Shown here: positions 15,223 through 28,434 of the stretch, piece by piece | Position numbering within the stretch: the first letter of the stretch is position 1 | Layout of the letters: every line of letters begins with the position of its first letter | Assembly (NCBI GenBank): GCA_951406725.2 | Contig: OX597828.1 | Span: 54,436,001 to 54,500,000, forward strand | DNA: 64,000 bases | From: Octopus vulgaris | Taxonomy: Eukaryota | Direction of reading: 5' to 3' | The notes under the pieces: generated by a model | Database searches by the model: none | Seen by the model: only the letters and a program-made list of their open reading frames with translations | Told to the model about the DNA's origin: nothing | Program-made: the position numbers and the translations under genes

Positions 15223-15324
15223 ATATATATGTATGTATGTAAATGAATGTTTTTGGCTTAATTTTTTTTGCCTCTCTTGCTCCCCCTCTTTTCCACACAA
15301 ACCCTCTCTCTCTCTCTATTTCTC

Positions 15325-15374
<50 letters not shown>

Positions 15375-15484
15375 AAACTCTATTACCTACATACACATAT
15401 ACGTAGAAGAAAATATTCACCTATCCATTTTTATTCCCTATTCTTTCAGTGTTTCAATACCTTTTCGATTTTCTAATCCCCACC

Positions 15485-15557
<73 letters not shown>

Positions 15558-15647
15558 TTATATATATTTATAGATACATATTTATATATATATATTGTAT
15601 TTTCAGCGTTGTTAATATTGATACAGATCTCTCTTTCTATCCATCTT

Positions 15648-15726
<79 letters not shown>

Positions 15727-16010
15727 GTCTGTCTTTCTGCCTGTCAGTCTGTCTATATTTTGTTCTTCTGTCATTTTTCTATCACTTAAACATTTTTTCG
15801 GTCTGTCAACTATTCATTCTTTCATTATTTCTTTCATATACCAGCACCACCAGCACCAGCACCAGCACCACCAGCACCAGCACCAGCACCAGCACCACCA
15901 GCACCACCGCCACCACCACCGCCACCACCACCACCACCAAAAACTACCACATTTTGGTCGATATCTTCATTCTTCCTGTGCTGTCTCTCTCTTTACTTTT
16001 CTCATATCTG

Positions 16011-16042
<32 letters not shown>

Positions 16043-16218
16043 AGTAATGGTGGGGGTAGTGGTGGTGGTGTAAGTGGTCATTGGATATGTTAAACGGGTG
16101 GATATCCTGAGAGGAACAGCACAGAACACCCACTCAGTCCATGACAACATTCTTCATTCAACAGGTAGCGGAGTTTTATGAACAGAACGAATATATAACA
16201 TCACTTTGCTGAACACTC

Positions 16219-16425
16219 AGGCGTGGTGTGTGGTAAAAAAGCTTGTTTCCCAACTGCATGGTTCCGGGTTCAGCCTCACTGCGTCTTGTGCTATAGCCTC
16301 GGGTTGACCAAAGCCTTGTGAGAGGATTTGGTTGACAGAAACCGAAAGAACGCTGTTATGTATATATGTATATTTGTTTCAGTCATTTGACTGTGGCCAT
16401 GCTGGTGCAGCCCCTTTAGTCGAAC
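16219..16425. mobile_element. SINE A fragments: head half (+, 16219-16350) and tail end (-, 16372-16425)
   Basis: Homology to full copies. Confidence 0.7.
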
Positions 16426-16664
16426 AGAAAGAAAGAAAGAAGGAGAAAGAAAAAGAAAGAACGAAAGAACGAAAGAAAGAAAGAGGGAGAAAGAAAAAGA
16501 AAGAACGAAAGAACGAAAGAAAGAAAGAGGGAGAAAGAAAAAGAAAGAAAGAAGGAAGGAAAGAAGACAAACTAAAAGAGAGAAACTATTACAGAGGGTG
16601 AGAGAAAATATAAGTAAGCAAGAGAAAGAGAGAATTAGAAAAGAGAGAGAATCGATTGAAAACT

Positions 16665-16863
16665 GCAATTTTTAGAGAAAAACCTGTGTAAAACACCTTT
16701 CCTCTGTTTCTCGCTTTATGCGGGAGCTCTGGGCAAAAAAATTGTAGTGCATAACCATCCTTGGCACATAAGTGATGTGTGTGTAACGTTTGGTGAAAAT
16801 CGGTTGAAAACTGTAGAAATGCATAAGCATTACAGACACAGATACACACGCAAACAGCGTTTG

Positions 16864-16872
<9 letters not shown>
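16665..16872 (-). mobile_element. Non-autonomous Helitron-like fragment
   Basis: tttggtgaaaatcggttg...acagacacagatacac...ttatatata layout resembles the ends of 38584-38882 and 63129-63668. Confidence 0.45.
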
Positions 16873-16909
<37 letters not shown>

Positions 16910-17099
16910 TTCAGAACTACGAGAAAATCCGTGATGATCCTTCCATTCGATATGTGGAGCGGTTAAAATAATAATGGGACGAAACTCAGAGGAACTTAAA
17001 TTATTAGGCTTAATTATAAGAGATGCATTCCTTACTCATGGCTGCTAAAGTGTCAATGTCAGGCAAAAATAGCTGCTACTTGGCTGCTGCCATTGAGAG

Positions 17100-17720
17100 G
17101 CTCACGAAGACCTTGTCAACAATCATCGTACTTATAACTGAGAACGTCAGATGTTATAAATATTTCAAAAGGAATATTCCATGGAGACAGTCATTCTGTA
17201 TGTTTGCTTATTTTGGTTTTAAATCTTTTAAATCCATTATCGTTCCTACTATAAAAATCCAGTAGCTACACGCTAGGGTTTGCAACTGTTAAAGATGTTA
17301 GTTTAACCCACAATTTATTTGCAGATAACCTGAAAATCTATTGTAAAAATGTTTACAATGCCAAAACACAGTTGGACTGAAATAGCATTTTCAGCTGGTA
17401 TAGAAATGGAATTTGGCTAACAGAAGTGTGCATATTTCATTGTTAAACCGTTGGTACACAGAATTTTGGTCACCCAGACCAAAATTCGGTGTACCAACGG
17501 TTTCACTATATATCTCTCTCTCTCTTTTTCAGCACAAAGAATGCTGCAAATATCTAGGCATTTATGAAAATCATGCGATATCATGCGAAGGTGCTGTGAA
17601 TAAAGATAGAGAAACTCGAGAATATGACACCAGACTTAGTAAAATATGGCAGTCGAAACTTTCCTCATACTACAGAAAAAGACATCGAGCAACTGGCATT
17701 TTACAAATGCAATTTGTAAG
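17100..17720 (+). mobile_element. Decayed R4/Dong-like RT fragment
   Basis: KGIFHGDSHS, LTHNLFADNLKIY, MEFG and KYLGIYE appear across frameshifts, collinear with the 1-1171 copy. Confidence 0.7.
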
Positions 17721-18010
17721 CCCAACAATAAAAATATGCAAGAATTTTCCGAAGTCCAAAATGTGAATTTCTTTCTGGTTATGTATATTCCAACAATAAA
17801 ACTTTGTATATCTGTTCGAAACTAGTTCTTTCCCCACAAGAACATTTCAAGTCATTTAATTAAGAAAAAGATAAGTAAACGCATAAACGGGTACACGACT
17901 ACTAACGCAGGTCTTTATACACGTATGTCTATATGTATATGTATGTATGTATATATGTATGCATGTATGTATGTATGTATGTCTATGTGTATATGATAAT
18001 ATAATAATAA

Positions 18011-18256
18011 ATGCGCCCTTTCAAAGCCTAGCCAGGCTCAGGGGCCCGGTTTCCCGGTTTCTATGGCGTATGTGCTCCCCAGCTGGACGGGACGCCAGTC
18101 CATCGCAGCGTTACTCACTTTTGCTAGCTGAGTGGACTGGAGCAACGTGAAATGAAGTGGTTTGCTCAAGAACACAACGCGTTGCCCAGTCCAGGAATCG
18201 AAACTACAATCTTACGATCATGATGCTGACACCCTAACCACTAAGCCACGCGCCTC
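18011..18256 (-). mobile_element. tRNA-derived SINE, family C (head 1 + CORE-like body + tail T2)
   Basis: Reverse complement of 45375-45622. Confidence 0.9.
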
Positions 18257-18400
18257 ATGCACGTATGTATGTATATATCTACGTACGTATGTGTATGTAT
18301 ATATGTATTTACGTATGTATGTGTGTATGTACGTACATGTGTGAGTAAATGTGTGTTCATGTATGTATGTATGAACGAATGTATGTACATGTATGGGTAA

Positions 18401-18449
<49 letters not shown>

Positions 18450-19041
18450 CTATCCACACACGTTTACGTTCGTACAGAACAATGGGCATTTATGCAAGAG
18501 TCTATGAATCAATCAAAAACTCTAAACCAGAGGAAAGTGCCAGTTGTCTGGTGAGAATAGCATCAAGGAATAAACAACATCAACAACAACAACAGCAACA
18601 ACAATAGCAACAACAGCAACAATAACAGCAGCATCATTATAATCACCATCACCATCAACAATAACAACAACAACAACAACGACAACGATAACCATCATAA
18701 TTATGAAATCAGCTCGTGCTTGCTGGAGCGGACACGATCCAACATTTCAATGCCAGAAACTACAAAAGAACTTAGTCTTTTGAAATGTGCCACCAGGCAC
18801 TAACAGTTCCTATTGACCCCCAAGCTTGATCGATAACATCGATAACTAATCATTAGTGACTTATTAATATATCCACCAACTTGTTACTTGACACGTTTTG
18901 TGTCTGAGGCCGCTTACGTCACGAAGCACCAGATGATGCAAATGAAAATTTGTATTTTTATTTTTGCGTATAAGGTTGTAAACTTGTAAAATATGCATAC
19001 ATACATACATGCATATATACATACATACATACATACATACA

Positions 19042-19074
<33 letters not shown>

Positions 19075-19106
19075 GTATATATATATATATATATATACAT
19101 ATATAT

Positions 19107-19299
19107 AGTTAAAATTTATTGAAAAGCAAAGGACGAAGACAGGTATGTATGGGCAACAAGCAAGTGTAATAGTTTGACATTTGGGAAAATGAAAAAAGTC
19201 TTTTACGTTTCGAGCCTACGCTCTTCAACAGAAAGGAATTAAGTGAAAATAAACAGAGAGAGAATGAAAAAAACTTGCAGATTTAGCGGTCCAGTATAC

Positions 19300-19300
<1 letters not shown>
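19107..19300 (-). mobile_element. Short (TA)n-embedded element with minimal hammerhead motif (family H)
   Basis: Related copies at 20810-21005, 30429-30541 and 45710-45922. Confidence 0.75.
19200..19235 (-). ncRNA. Minimal type I hammerhead-like motif (A6U variant)
   Basis: CTTT-CTGTTGA-A-GAGC(GTAG)GCTC-GAAA-C-GTA-AAAG. Confidence 0.6.
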
Positions 19301-19351
<51 letters not shown>

Positions 19352-19374
19352 TTGAAACACTCCTGTCACAACCT

Positions 19375-19418
19375 GGGATCTTGAAGACTGCTTTAATGCA
19401 AGAAAGTATACTAGTCCC
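19375..19418 (+). ncRNA. Minimal type I hammerhead-like motif
   Basis: GGGAT-CTTGAAGA-CTGC(TTTAAT)GCAA-GAAA-GTATA-CTA-GTCCC, with palindromic stem III AGTATACT. It lies in an insert of about 270 bp (19349-19617) between (TA)n tracts. Confidence 0.55.
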
Positions 19419-19614
19419 TTAATATTTGATGTTCAATATTTCATCTATTCAATAAGACAATCAATACTTCATTTCATTTTACAATATATACTATTTGTAC
19501 TATATATTCTATATTCTACATTAATATTATAAAGAATATAAATAAGACATAAAAAACAGACAGAGTTGGAATTCCTTTGAATAATATATATCCCTCTATA
19601 CACAATCATACAAA

Positions 19615-19674
<60 letters not shown>

Positions 19675-19960
19675 GTATGTATGTGTGTGTGTGTGTGTAT
19701 GTATGTGTATGTGTGTGTGTATGTATGTTTGTATGTATGTATGTCTATTTGTCGACTCACCCTCTTACTACTGAGTTTTGCTTGCAGATGTACAATGGTT
19801 TCTGGCAAGTTACAAAAAGTAGTGACTTACATAAATTCTGAAGACTGTGTTGCTGCAGGTGAAACCCAGAGCAGTAAGAGACTGCATCGACCAAAATAAA
19901 AATGTTATTAATCTTTACTGTCAAGTACTCTTTCTCCCGACAATCAACACTAAATGTATA

Positions 19961-20804
19961 TACGAGGGGTTACCCAAAAGTAACCGGAAACGTTCTCTGT
20001 TGTAGTTCAGACTTCCACCGCTAGAACCCACTTGATTCAACCCTCAGGCATCAGTATACCAACCGGCGGGGTCAAGTGTAGTCCTACTGCTGCGTGGTGC
20101 GCCTTTACTTTGCAGTGCTTCTCCCCTGTTCGTTGATTTTTGCGATGGCTGAAAGAAGGAACTGTGTGCTGCCGTGAAATTTTGTTTACTGTTGGGGAAA
20201 ACGGCAGTTGTCATGCTTCTAGCTGCCATGTGAAAAACACAAGTTTATGGAGCGGTTTTCACGCTTTAGGAACGGTCACTTGTCCCTTGAAGACCAGTTT
20301 CGTTCAGGGCGACCGTCGACCTCCCAAACGAATGAAAACATCACGAAAATTCATGAACTGATCTTGGAGGACCATCATCGAACAACTGACGAAGTTGTTG
20401 ATATGACTCTTGTGTCCAAGAGCTCCTGCTAACGAATTTTGAGCGGGGGAATTGTGAATGAAAAGAGTTACATCAAAATGTTGTGCCTCGCTTTCTCACG
20501 GAAGATCAAAAGCAGCCACAACTGAATGCGTGTTGTAAACTGAAAGGACAGTTGGAAATTGATCCGGACGCTTTTTTCGAAGGTCATCACTGGTGACGAA
20601 TATGGAATTTGCAGATGTGGAAGAGATGAAGAAAAAAATGACGGCGGCATTAAAAGGCATCACTTTGCTAGAGTTTCAGCTCTGCTTCGAACTGGGAAAT
20701 GCGTCTAGACCGGTGTATTACTTCCAATGGAGAATAATTTGAAGGCGATAAAAGTGTAAACATGTAAAACTAAGTGAATAAAATTATATTACAAAATTCC
20801 TCGT
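19961..20804 (+). mobile_element. Internally deleted mariner element
   Basis: Left TIR tacgaggggttacccaaaagtaaccgga; LEDQFRSGRPSTS, VPRFLT, VITGDE, EGDK; truncated right end cctcgta. Confidence 0.85.
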
Positions 20805-20809
20805 ACACG

Positions 20810-21004
20810 TGTGTAGGGTGTGTAGTTCAAAATTATATAAAAAACAAAAAAAAAACATGAAACAGAGACAGGTAAGGGAAGAAGAAACAAAGTGTATTAG
20901 TTTGACGCTCAGGAAAAATGGAAGAAGTCTTTGACGTTTTGAGCCTACGCTCTTCTATAAAAAGGAATGAGGAGAGAGGGAAGAAACGGAGAGAATAAAA
21001 TACG

Positions 21005-21005
<1 letters not shown>
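20810..21005 (-). mobile_element. Family H copy with decayed hammerhead (20929-20964)
   Basis: GAAGAGCGTAGGCTCAAAACGTCAAAG on minus; core mutated. Confidence 0.7.
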
Positions 21006-21043
<38 letters not shown>

Positions 21044-21893
21044 TATAGATATATGCATGTGTGTATGTATATATATGTATGTATGTATATGTATATATAT
21101 ATATATAGAGAGAGAGAGAGATAGAAAGATAGATAGATAGATTGATAGATAGATAGCTATATGTGTGTATGTATATATATATGTGTATGTATATACATGT
21201 ATATATATGTATGTATATATGTATGTGCGTGTGTGTATGCATGCATATATGTATGTATATAGAGTGTGTGTTTGTGCGCGTGAGAGAAACAGAGAGAATG
21301 GGTAAGAGTCACACAACCCTGAATAATTTCGTCTGTTTCTATGGCACCCAGTTTTACTGTAAATAAATAAGCCAAAACTAAGACGTATTACAAAATGTCT
21401 CTCCTTTGTTGTCCTCGTGGCAAATAACGAAATCATTTGTTATTCATCTCGTTGCTGTTGTAGTTGTTATATATCTGTTCGTGTTCTTACTGTCTTTCAC
21501 TGTATAATACGATACAACATGCCACGCCGAACAGTGATAAATCTTCGTTATTAGCTTTCTTTCGACAAAAATATATGGATTTCCTTATAGAAATTATTTA
21601 GAAGACAAACAAAACAACGAAACAAATGGAAAAAACAACAACAACAAACAAAACTTTATATGTAGGTTGCGTGTATATTGAGAATATAAATAACAAATAT
21701 GGCGGCGAGTGTTTGTGTTTCTACGTTAACTTAAATTAGTATCTTGATATTTTTTTTCTTTCCTCTCCTCTGATATAATGTATGATTCAATGTAAAATGT
21801 GCTTGCGTCCGTTCCTAAGGGAAGAAACTTTTGCCACTCATCGTTTTCTAAAATATCTGTCTTGTCAGATTACATTTTGCTGCCCAATTTAAA

Positions 21894-21933
<40 letters not shown>

Positions 21934-21942
21934 GTTATTATT

Positions 21943-22040
<98 letters not shown>

Positions 22041-22085
22041 CATCATTATCAGCATCATCATTTTTATCATTATTTATCATTATTA
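21894..22085. repeat. (ATT)n/(ATC)n compound microsatellite
   Basis: Directly visible. Confidence 0.95.
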
Positions 22086-22964
22086 ATGTTGTTGTCGTTG
22101 TTGTTGATATGAACATTATAGACCTCCTCATTGATTCCGGTTCCTTGTTAGTAAGTAGTACTACAGCAAGACTGAATTACTCTCCCCTCGGGATTGGCTC
22201 ATCAGTTCATTCCGTATTAAAAGTGATCGAAGTTTGGTTTGGTGCAGACATCTTGATAAACAGAACTGGGAAATACTGTTCATGATCGGAGCGGTGTTGG
22301 GGAATTTAATTCTAAAAAAAGTCTATGAGGGATATATCTCTGAAAATGGATGTGAGTTGGTGGAGAATGCCTGTAGGATTTTATGAGTTAATTACCATTT
22401 TGATCTTTATATTTTGTCCAAAACCAATATCTAACTTGATAATAACTCTTATTCTTCTTGCGGAAGCGACATGTTTCACTGGTTAGGAATACTATAATAT
22501 CTAAGAAATGCGATCCTTAAATCATCCTTTAATTGTAGTCCTACATCAAGCGTATACCGATGACGTGTGTTTTTAGTATTGAGTGTTACCTGAAAAATTT
22601 ACAGCTCTTTTATTATGTGAGTAATGTGTCCAATGGTATTTTGAGTCAGCAGTTTCATTCCATAGTGATGTTACTGAAGAGTACAAGAGATAATGGTCCT
22701 TTCGTGTGTCCTGAGAATCAATGAGGGTTACTGATCAAATTTTCCTTTGTACATTCAAGCCAGTATCATGATTATGAATATTTCCCATTTCTTCAACTTA
22801 ACAGTGTTTCCGGGAGAAATTTCCGGTTTGGAATAAATTCTATTGATTAAAATTCGATTTGGCTGGCACCTGGATCTATCCTTGCCTCTGAAAACCCCCC
22901 AAACTTTCCTTCACTCGTTAAATGTTCAGGTGTTGTAGATATATGCAACTATGTCAAACAGCTG

Positions 22965-22997
<33 letters not shown>

Positions 22998-23035
22998 ATC
23001 GGGGCCTGATCGTACCTCGCATGTGTAGACGAGGT

Positions 23036-23071
<36 letters not shown>

Positions 23072-23074
<3 letters not shown>

Positions 23075-23235
23075 CGCAGGAGTGGTTGTGTGGTAAGTAG
23101 CTTGCTAACCAACCACATGGTTCCGGGTTCAGTCCCACTGCGTGGCACCTTGGGCAAGTGTCTACTGCTATAGCCTCGGGCCGACCAAAGCCTTTGTGAG
23201 TGGATTTGGTAGACGGAAACTGAAAGAAGCCTGTC

Positions 23236-23271
<36 letters not shown>

Positions 23272-23508
23272 GTATGTGTGTCTATATATTTGTGTGTCTG
23301 TGTTTGTTCCTCTAGCATTGCTTGACAACCGATGCAGGTGTGTTTACGTCCCCGTAACTTAGCGGTTCGGCAAAAGAGACCGATAGAATAAGTACTGGGC
23401 TTACAAAGAATAAGTCCCGGGTTCGATTTGCTCGACTAAAGGTGGTACTCCAGCATGGCCGCAGTCAACTGACTGAAACAGGTAAAAGAATAAAAGAATA
23501 AAAGAATA
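23072..23508 (+). mobile_element. tRNA-derived SINE family A, full length, with internal microsatellite
   Basis: tggttgtgtggtaag A box, ggttcagtcc B box, caccttgggcaag body, 3' stem-loop and (taaaagaa)n tail. Confidence 0.9.
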
Positions 23509-23582
23509 TATCTATGAATGACCGTTTAAGTATCCATAAGTCAGAAAAAAATATGCATTCGTATATTTGTCAATAGAGTGGC

Positions 23583-23730
23583 TATATTAATCGAAGTGTC
23601 CAGTGTTATATATCCATTACGGTCGGTCTTACCAATCGTTTACCTTGCACTCCGTTGAAACCCTAGTACAAAACTGATTGATAAAACCGACCGCAATGGT
23701 TATATAACACTGGACACTTCGATTGATATA
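23583..23730. repeat. Palindrome of about 150 bp (MITE-like hairpin)
   Basis: tatattaatcgaagtgtccagtgttatatatccattacggtcggt pairs with accgaccgcaatggttatataacactggacacttcgattgatata. Confidence 0.85.
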
Positions 23731-24447
23731 TATGTGGGGGTGTGTGTGTATGTATGTATGTATGTATGTATGTATGTATGTATACACTGAGTGTCAAAAC
23801 ACAAAGTAATTGGATACATAACCGTGTTACATGTATGAAGTTAATTGTAAAAATATATATTGATAAACCGGATTATTTGTTTGTACTTAAAGTATTACTA
23901 ACATAGTCCGTGTGTATGGGTGGGAGGTGCTGTTGAAGCGTCGTCTCCTTGCATGTTAAGTTCAATTCATACCGAAGTCAATGGCTTTCTTTTTTATTTT
24001 TCCGAAATCAATAAAAATAAACACCAGTGAGGTACTGGGGTCGATATAATCGATGGCACACTTATTTTATTAAACGCAAATGGCTTTGTGGTCTAAGTCA
24101 GAAATCATGTTCTCCAATACATCTGGCTAATAACACACACACACACGTCTGTGTATTGATTTCCCTCCTTGATATTGATGACGTGTTTGATGTCGCTAAG
24201 TTCCAACTGAGATCTGGTCGAACAAATCTATGATGATACTATCCGTGACCATACAGCTATTTTCTATATCTAACAGTGCTCAATGTATCAATTTTAAGAT
24301 ATTAAGGTGTTATTTGAGGTTTAAGTTGGCAACTATTTCTTCTCCTTTTGCTGTTCCTTGGTTGCTTTCTCGATGACCCGAGGCCGTTTCATGGTTCTTG
24401 ATTTCAGTTTGGAATTATTCTACTTCACTTTAGTCTTTATTCTTTTA

Positions 24448-24660
24448 TTATTTTACCTGTTTCACTCATTTGACTGCGGCCATGCTGGAGCACCGCATTT
24501 AGTCGAGCAAATCAACCCCAGGACTTATTCTTTGTAAGCCTAGTACTTATTCTATCGGTTTCTTTTGCCGAACAGCTAAGTTACGGGGACGTAAACATAG
24601 CACCATCGGTTGTCAAGCGATGTTGGGGGGGGGGACGGACAAACACAGATACACAAACAT

Positions 24661-24693
<33 letters not shown>

Positions 24694-24862
24694 CATATAT
24701 ACGACGGGCTTCTTTCAGTTTCTGTCTACCAAATCCACTTACAAGGCTTTGGTCGGCTCGAGGCTATAGTAGAAGACACTTGCCCAAGGTGCTAGGCAGT
24801 AAAACTGAACCCGGAACCCTGTGGCTGGTAAGCAAGCTACATACCACACAGCCACTCCTACG
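24448..24862 (-). mobile_element. SINE family A, full length
   Basis: Reverse complement of the 23072 copy. Confidence 0.9.
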
Positions 24863-26201
24863 CCTTTGTTAATTCTCTTTAGAAATGGCATCAAGATTCC
24901 ACTGATATTGAAGCCGTTGATATTGCTGCTACCGTCTCGAAGAACAGGCACCAAAGTGAAATCTCCATGTCTCTTTCTCATGAAGTTACATCAACACAAA
25001 TCACATTTGCTGACCATTTCACCTTAGGTTGTCAGACTTGATCTGGCAAACTTATAAATGAAGCTGTTCTAACCATGACAACCTCCAGAGAAGGTATAGC
25101 TAGGACTATAATCCAATATGGCGTAGTAGGCCCCACATGTTGTTATTGTTGCCGATGTTGTTGTGTAGTCCCAGCTCAGCCCTGAGTGCGCGTATCTAAG
25201 ACAAAAGGCGTTCCAAGCGTGACCTTCCAGGCTAACTGCTTCTCTATTTTAAAGATTCTAAAGTGTAATTTGAGTGAGATTTCACTGCTAATTCTAGCAG
25301 GTAGAGCGAACACGTAGACACTTGCACATTTTTCTGTATATCACTTCTGTACTGAATGGGTAGCGGTGGTGAAATAATGTGGGGTAGACGGAGCGGAGGT
25401 GGTGGTACGGAGGAGGGGTAGCGAGGGTAGAAGAAGGTACGGGGGTGGTAATTTTTGTTGTATTTCCCCGATGATCACAGTTTAGTTAATTAATCATTAT
25501 TCTTAAGAAAACACGTATTTATATAATTAAGTCATTTGCTGCAAAAGAAAAGAGGATAATTAAATATTCATGTAATGAATATTTAAAAACATTCGTCATG
25601 CTCCCCACCCCTCTAAACACACACCCACCCACACACTTCACATATTTACTTCAAGAAAAGAGCAAAAAAACTAAATGGAAAAAAAAATGACAAGATTTTC
25701 TTCAGCAGGTGCGATCTGTACATATTAATTAATCGTTTAAATGAAAGTCATGCTATTTTTTAAGAAAATTAAACAAATACAAAGCATGACAGAAGCAACA
25801 ATAACAACAACAACAGCAAGAATAATTACTAAAAACAACCAATAAAAAAAGAATATTTAATAACATTAAAAATGATACAAGAAAACCGAAGAAGAAATGA
25901 GTGAAAGATACAAAATGTATTTTTTAAAAAATAAAATTAAAAAAAATAAAATTAAAAAAATAAGAATTGCAAAAAATAAAAAAAAAAGAAATAACTGGTT
26001 TTTCGAGTATATCCCGCCCCCACATTTGAACCTACGACGTTTACTTCTAAAAACTCTTAATTTCTCCATTATTTTCCTCGCATTCCTTCCACCGTTTCCT
26101 TGTTGCTTTTAGCGTCACTGGTTGTTTGTTTTGTTTTTGCGTGTTGTGTTTATTTGTTTTACCTTTTTTCATTCCTCTCATTCTTTCTTTGCTCTTCTTT
26201 T

Positions 26202-26271
<70 letters not shown>

Positions 26272-26607
26272 ATCTGCCTGTTCTCTCCTCAGGGAATGAA
26301 TTTCTCCTTCATTCACTCTTACCTTTTCTTTCATTCTTTCCTTCTTTCCGCTTGTATTTTCATTATGCTGCTCAGATAGCTTTTGTTATTGTTGTTCTGA
26401 AGCATCTGTTGCCACAACTTTTCTTCTTATTGCTGTTCTTGTTGCAGTTATTTTGATGTTGTTGTTATTTTTTTTTACTGTTCTTCGACTTACCCCCTCC
26501 CCAGAAATTGCTGGCCTTGTGCCGAAATCTGGTATCAGTATTATGCCGTTATTTTTATTTAAGTTGTTTTTGTTATTTAATCCCAGGTCGGCCTCAAACC
26601 TATGATT

Positions 26608-27008
26608 ACGAGTGGCTGTGTGTTAAATAGCTTGCTTACCAGTCACATGGTTCTGGGTTCAGTCCCACTGCGTGGCACCTTGGGCAAGTGTCTTCTGCTT
26701 TAGCCTCGGGCCGATCAAAGCTTTGTGAGTGGATTTGGTAGACGGAAACTGAAAGAAGCCCGTCGTATACTCTTTAAGGTGGTGGGCTGGCAGAAACGTT
26801 AGTACGCAGGGCGAAATTCTTAGCGGTATTTCGTCTGCCGCTACGTTCTGAGTTCAAATTTCGCCGAGGTCGACTTTGCCTTTCATCCTTTCGGGGTCGA
26901 TTAAATAAGTACCAGTTACGCACTGGGGTCGATATAATCGACTTAATCAGTTTGCCTGTCCTTGTTTGTCCTCTCTGTATTTAGCCCCTTGTGGGTAGTA
27001 AAGAAATA
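26608..27008 (+). mobile_element. SINE A head half (26608-26769) followed by SINE B tail-1 (26776-27008)
   Basis: Homology to other copies. Confidence 0.85.
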
Positions 27009-27047
27009 TGTATTGTTGTTTGACGAAAGTGTTGATAGTTGTTGCTG

Positions 27048-27350
27048 TCTTCTTCTTCTTCTTCCATTCAGGACTCACGCCATTTGCTACAAAGAATAAT
27101 CTCTAATTCGAGCCTACTCTAAGCCACTAAGAATGCGTGTGGCAACTTGAAGATCCACCCACCGCACGCGATAGACTGGCAGTTGCACGGGTGTGAAAGC
27201 TACGTTGTTATCCTCATTCCGTAAACGGTGGACTCGTCGATCTTAGGTGTTTTTGCTCAATAAACATTCACAATGCCCGGTCTGGGAATCGTAACTGCAT
27301 TCTTACGACCGCGAGTCCGCTGCTTTAACCACTGGGCCATTGCGCCTCCA
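27048..27350 (-). mobile_element. Chimeric SINE: head 2 + LINE-like 3' tail ending in (GAA)n
   Basis: Head is shared with families E and F; the tail is unrelated and ends gagtcctgaatgg(aag)n. Confidence 0.7.
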
Positions 27351-27530
27351 CTGATATTGTTGTTTGGCGAAAGTGTAGATTGTTATTGCTGTTGTGGTAG
27401 AGAGGTGTTATAGTTGCTAGTCTTGCGATTATTATTTCAGTTGTTGGGTTCTGGGGCCACTGTAATCGACTCGTCTCCAAAAATTTCAGGCCTTGTGCCT
27501 ATAGCAGAAAGGATGAGTTCAATTGCTACT

Positions 27531-27980
27531 GAGGCGGTGAGCTGGAAGAATCGTGAGCACGACAGGCAAAACGCCTGGAGACAACTTCGTCCGTTCTTAC
27601 GTTCTGAGTTCAAATTTCACCGATGTCGACTTTGCCTTTCATCCTTTCGGGTCAATAAATTCAATACCTATTTCTTTACTACCTACAAGAGGCTAAACAC
27701 AGAGAGGACAAACAAGGACAGACAAACGGATTAAGTCGATTACATCAATCCCAGTGCGTAACTGGTACTTATTTAATCGACCTCGAAAGGATGAAAGGCA
27801 AAGTTGACCATGACGGAATTTGAACTCAGAACGTAGCGGCAGACGAAATACGGCTACGCATTTCGCCCGGCGTGCTAACGTTTCTGCTAGCTCGCAGCCT
27901 TAATACCAGTGAAACACTGGGGGACGATGTAATCGACTAGCCTCACCTCCCCAAAATTCAAGCCAGGTGCCAATAATAGA
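27531..27980. mobile_element. Old SINE B (+) carrying an inverted, nested SINE B tail-1 (-, 27669-27901)
   Basis: aatacc is duplicated at 27663-27668 and 27902-27907, and the host sequence resumes after the insert. Confidence 0.85.
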
Positions 27981-28140
27981 TAAGATTATTTAAATTTTTT
28001 TGCTGGTTATTGCTTCTGCTATTTTTGCTGTTGCAATTAGCATTGTTATTGTTGCTGTTGTTTTTTTTCCTCATCACCGCCGCCGCCGCTACCGTCGTCG
28101 TCATCATCATCATTATCATCATTATCATCATCATCATCAT

Positions 28141-28177
<37 letters not shown>

Positions 28178-28434
28178 GTCGTCGTCGTCGTCGTCGTTTC
28201 TATTGTTCTCCACCTGTTTTACTGCTTTGTGAACGTGAGATATATCTTGTCTTCCCATTTATAGCCGGGGGCGAGATTTTCTCTAAAAATCGTTCATCTT
28301 TAAATTGGAATTTATGCACCACGTACACATGACCTCGTTGAAAAATTAATACTAGTTTTGCATATATACCCCCCCTCCACACACACACACCAATGTAAAC
28401 ATACATACATTCAAGCAAATATATAATACTCTCT

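Noticed and set aside
15842-15940. His/Gln-rich exon candidate
   Set aside because: Compound (CCAGCA)/(CAC) repeat among other microsatellites, with no domain or splice support.
22100-22930. Possible CR1-like LINE remnant on minus
   Set aside because: Only faint motif traces (DHF...DEP); I could not recover a convincing frame.
23455-23485. Stem-loop + GAAAC at SINE A 3' ends read as a hammerhead
   Set aside because: No CUGANGA upstream; better explained as a LINE-type 3' recognition hairpin.
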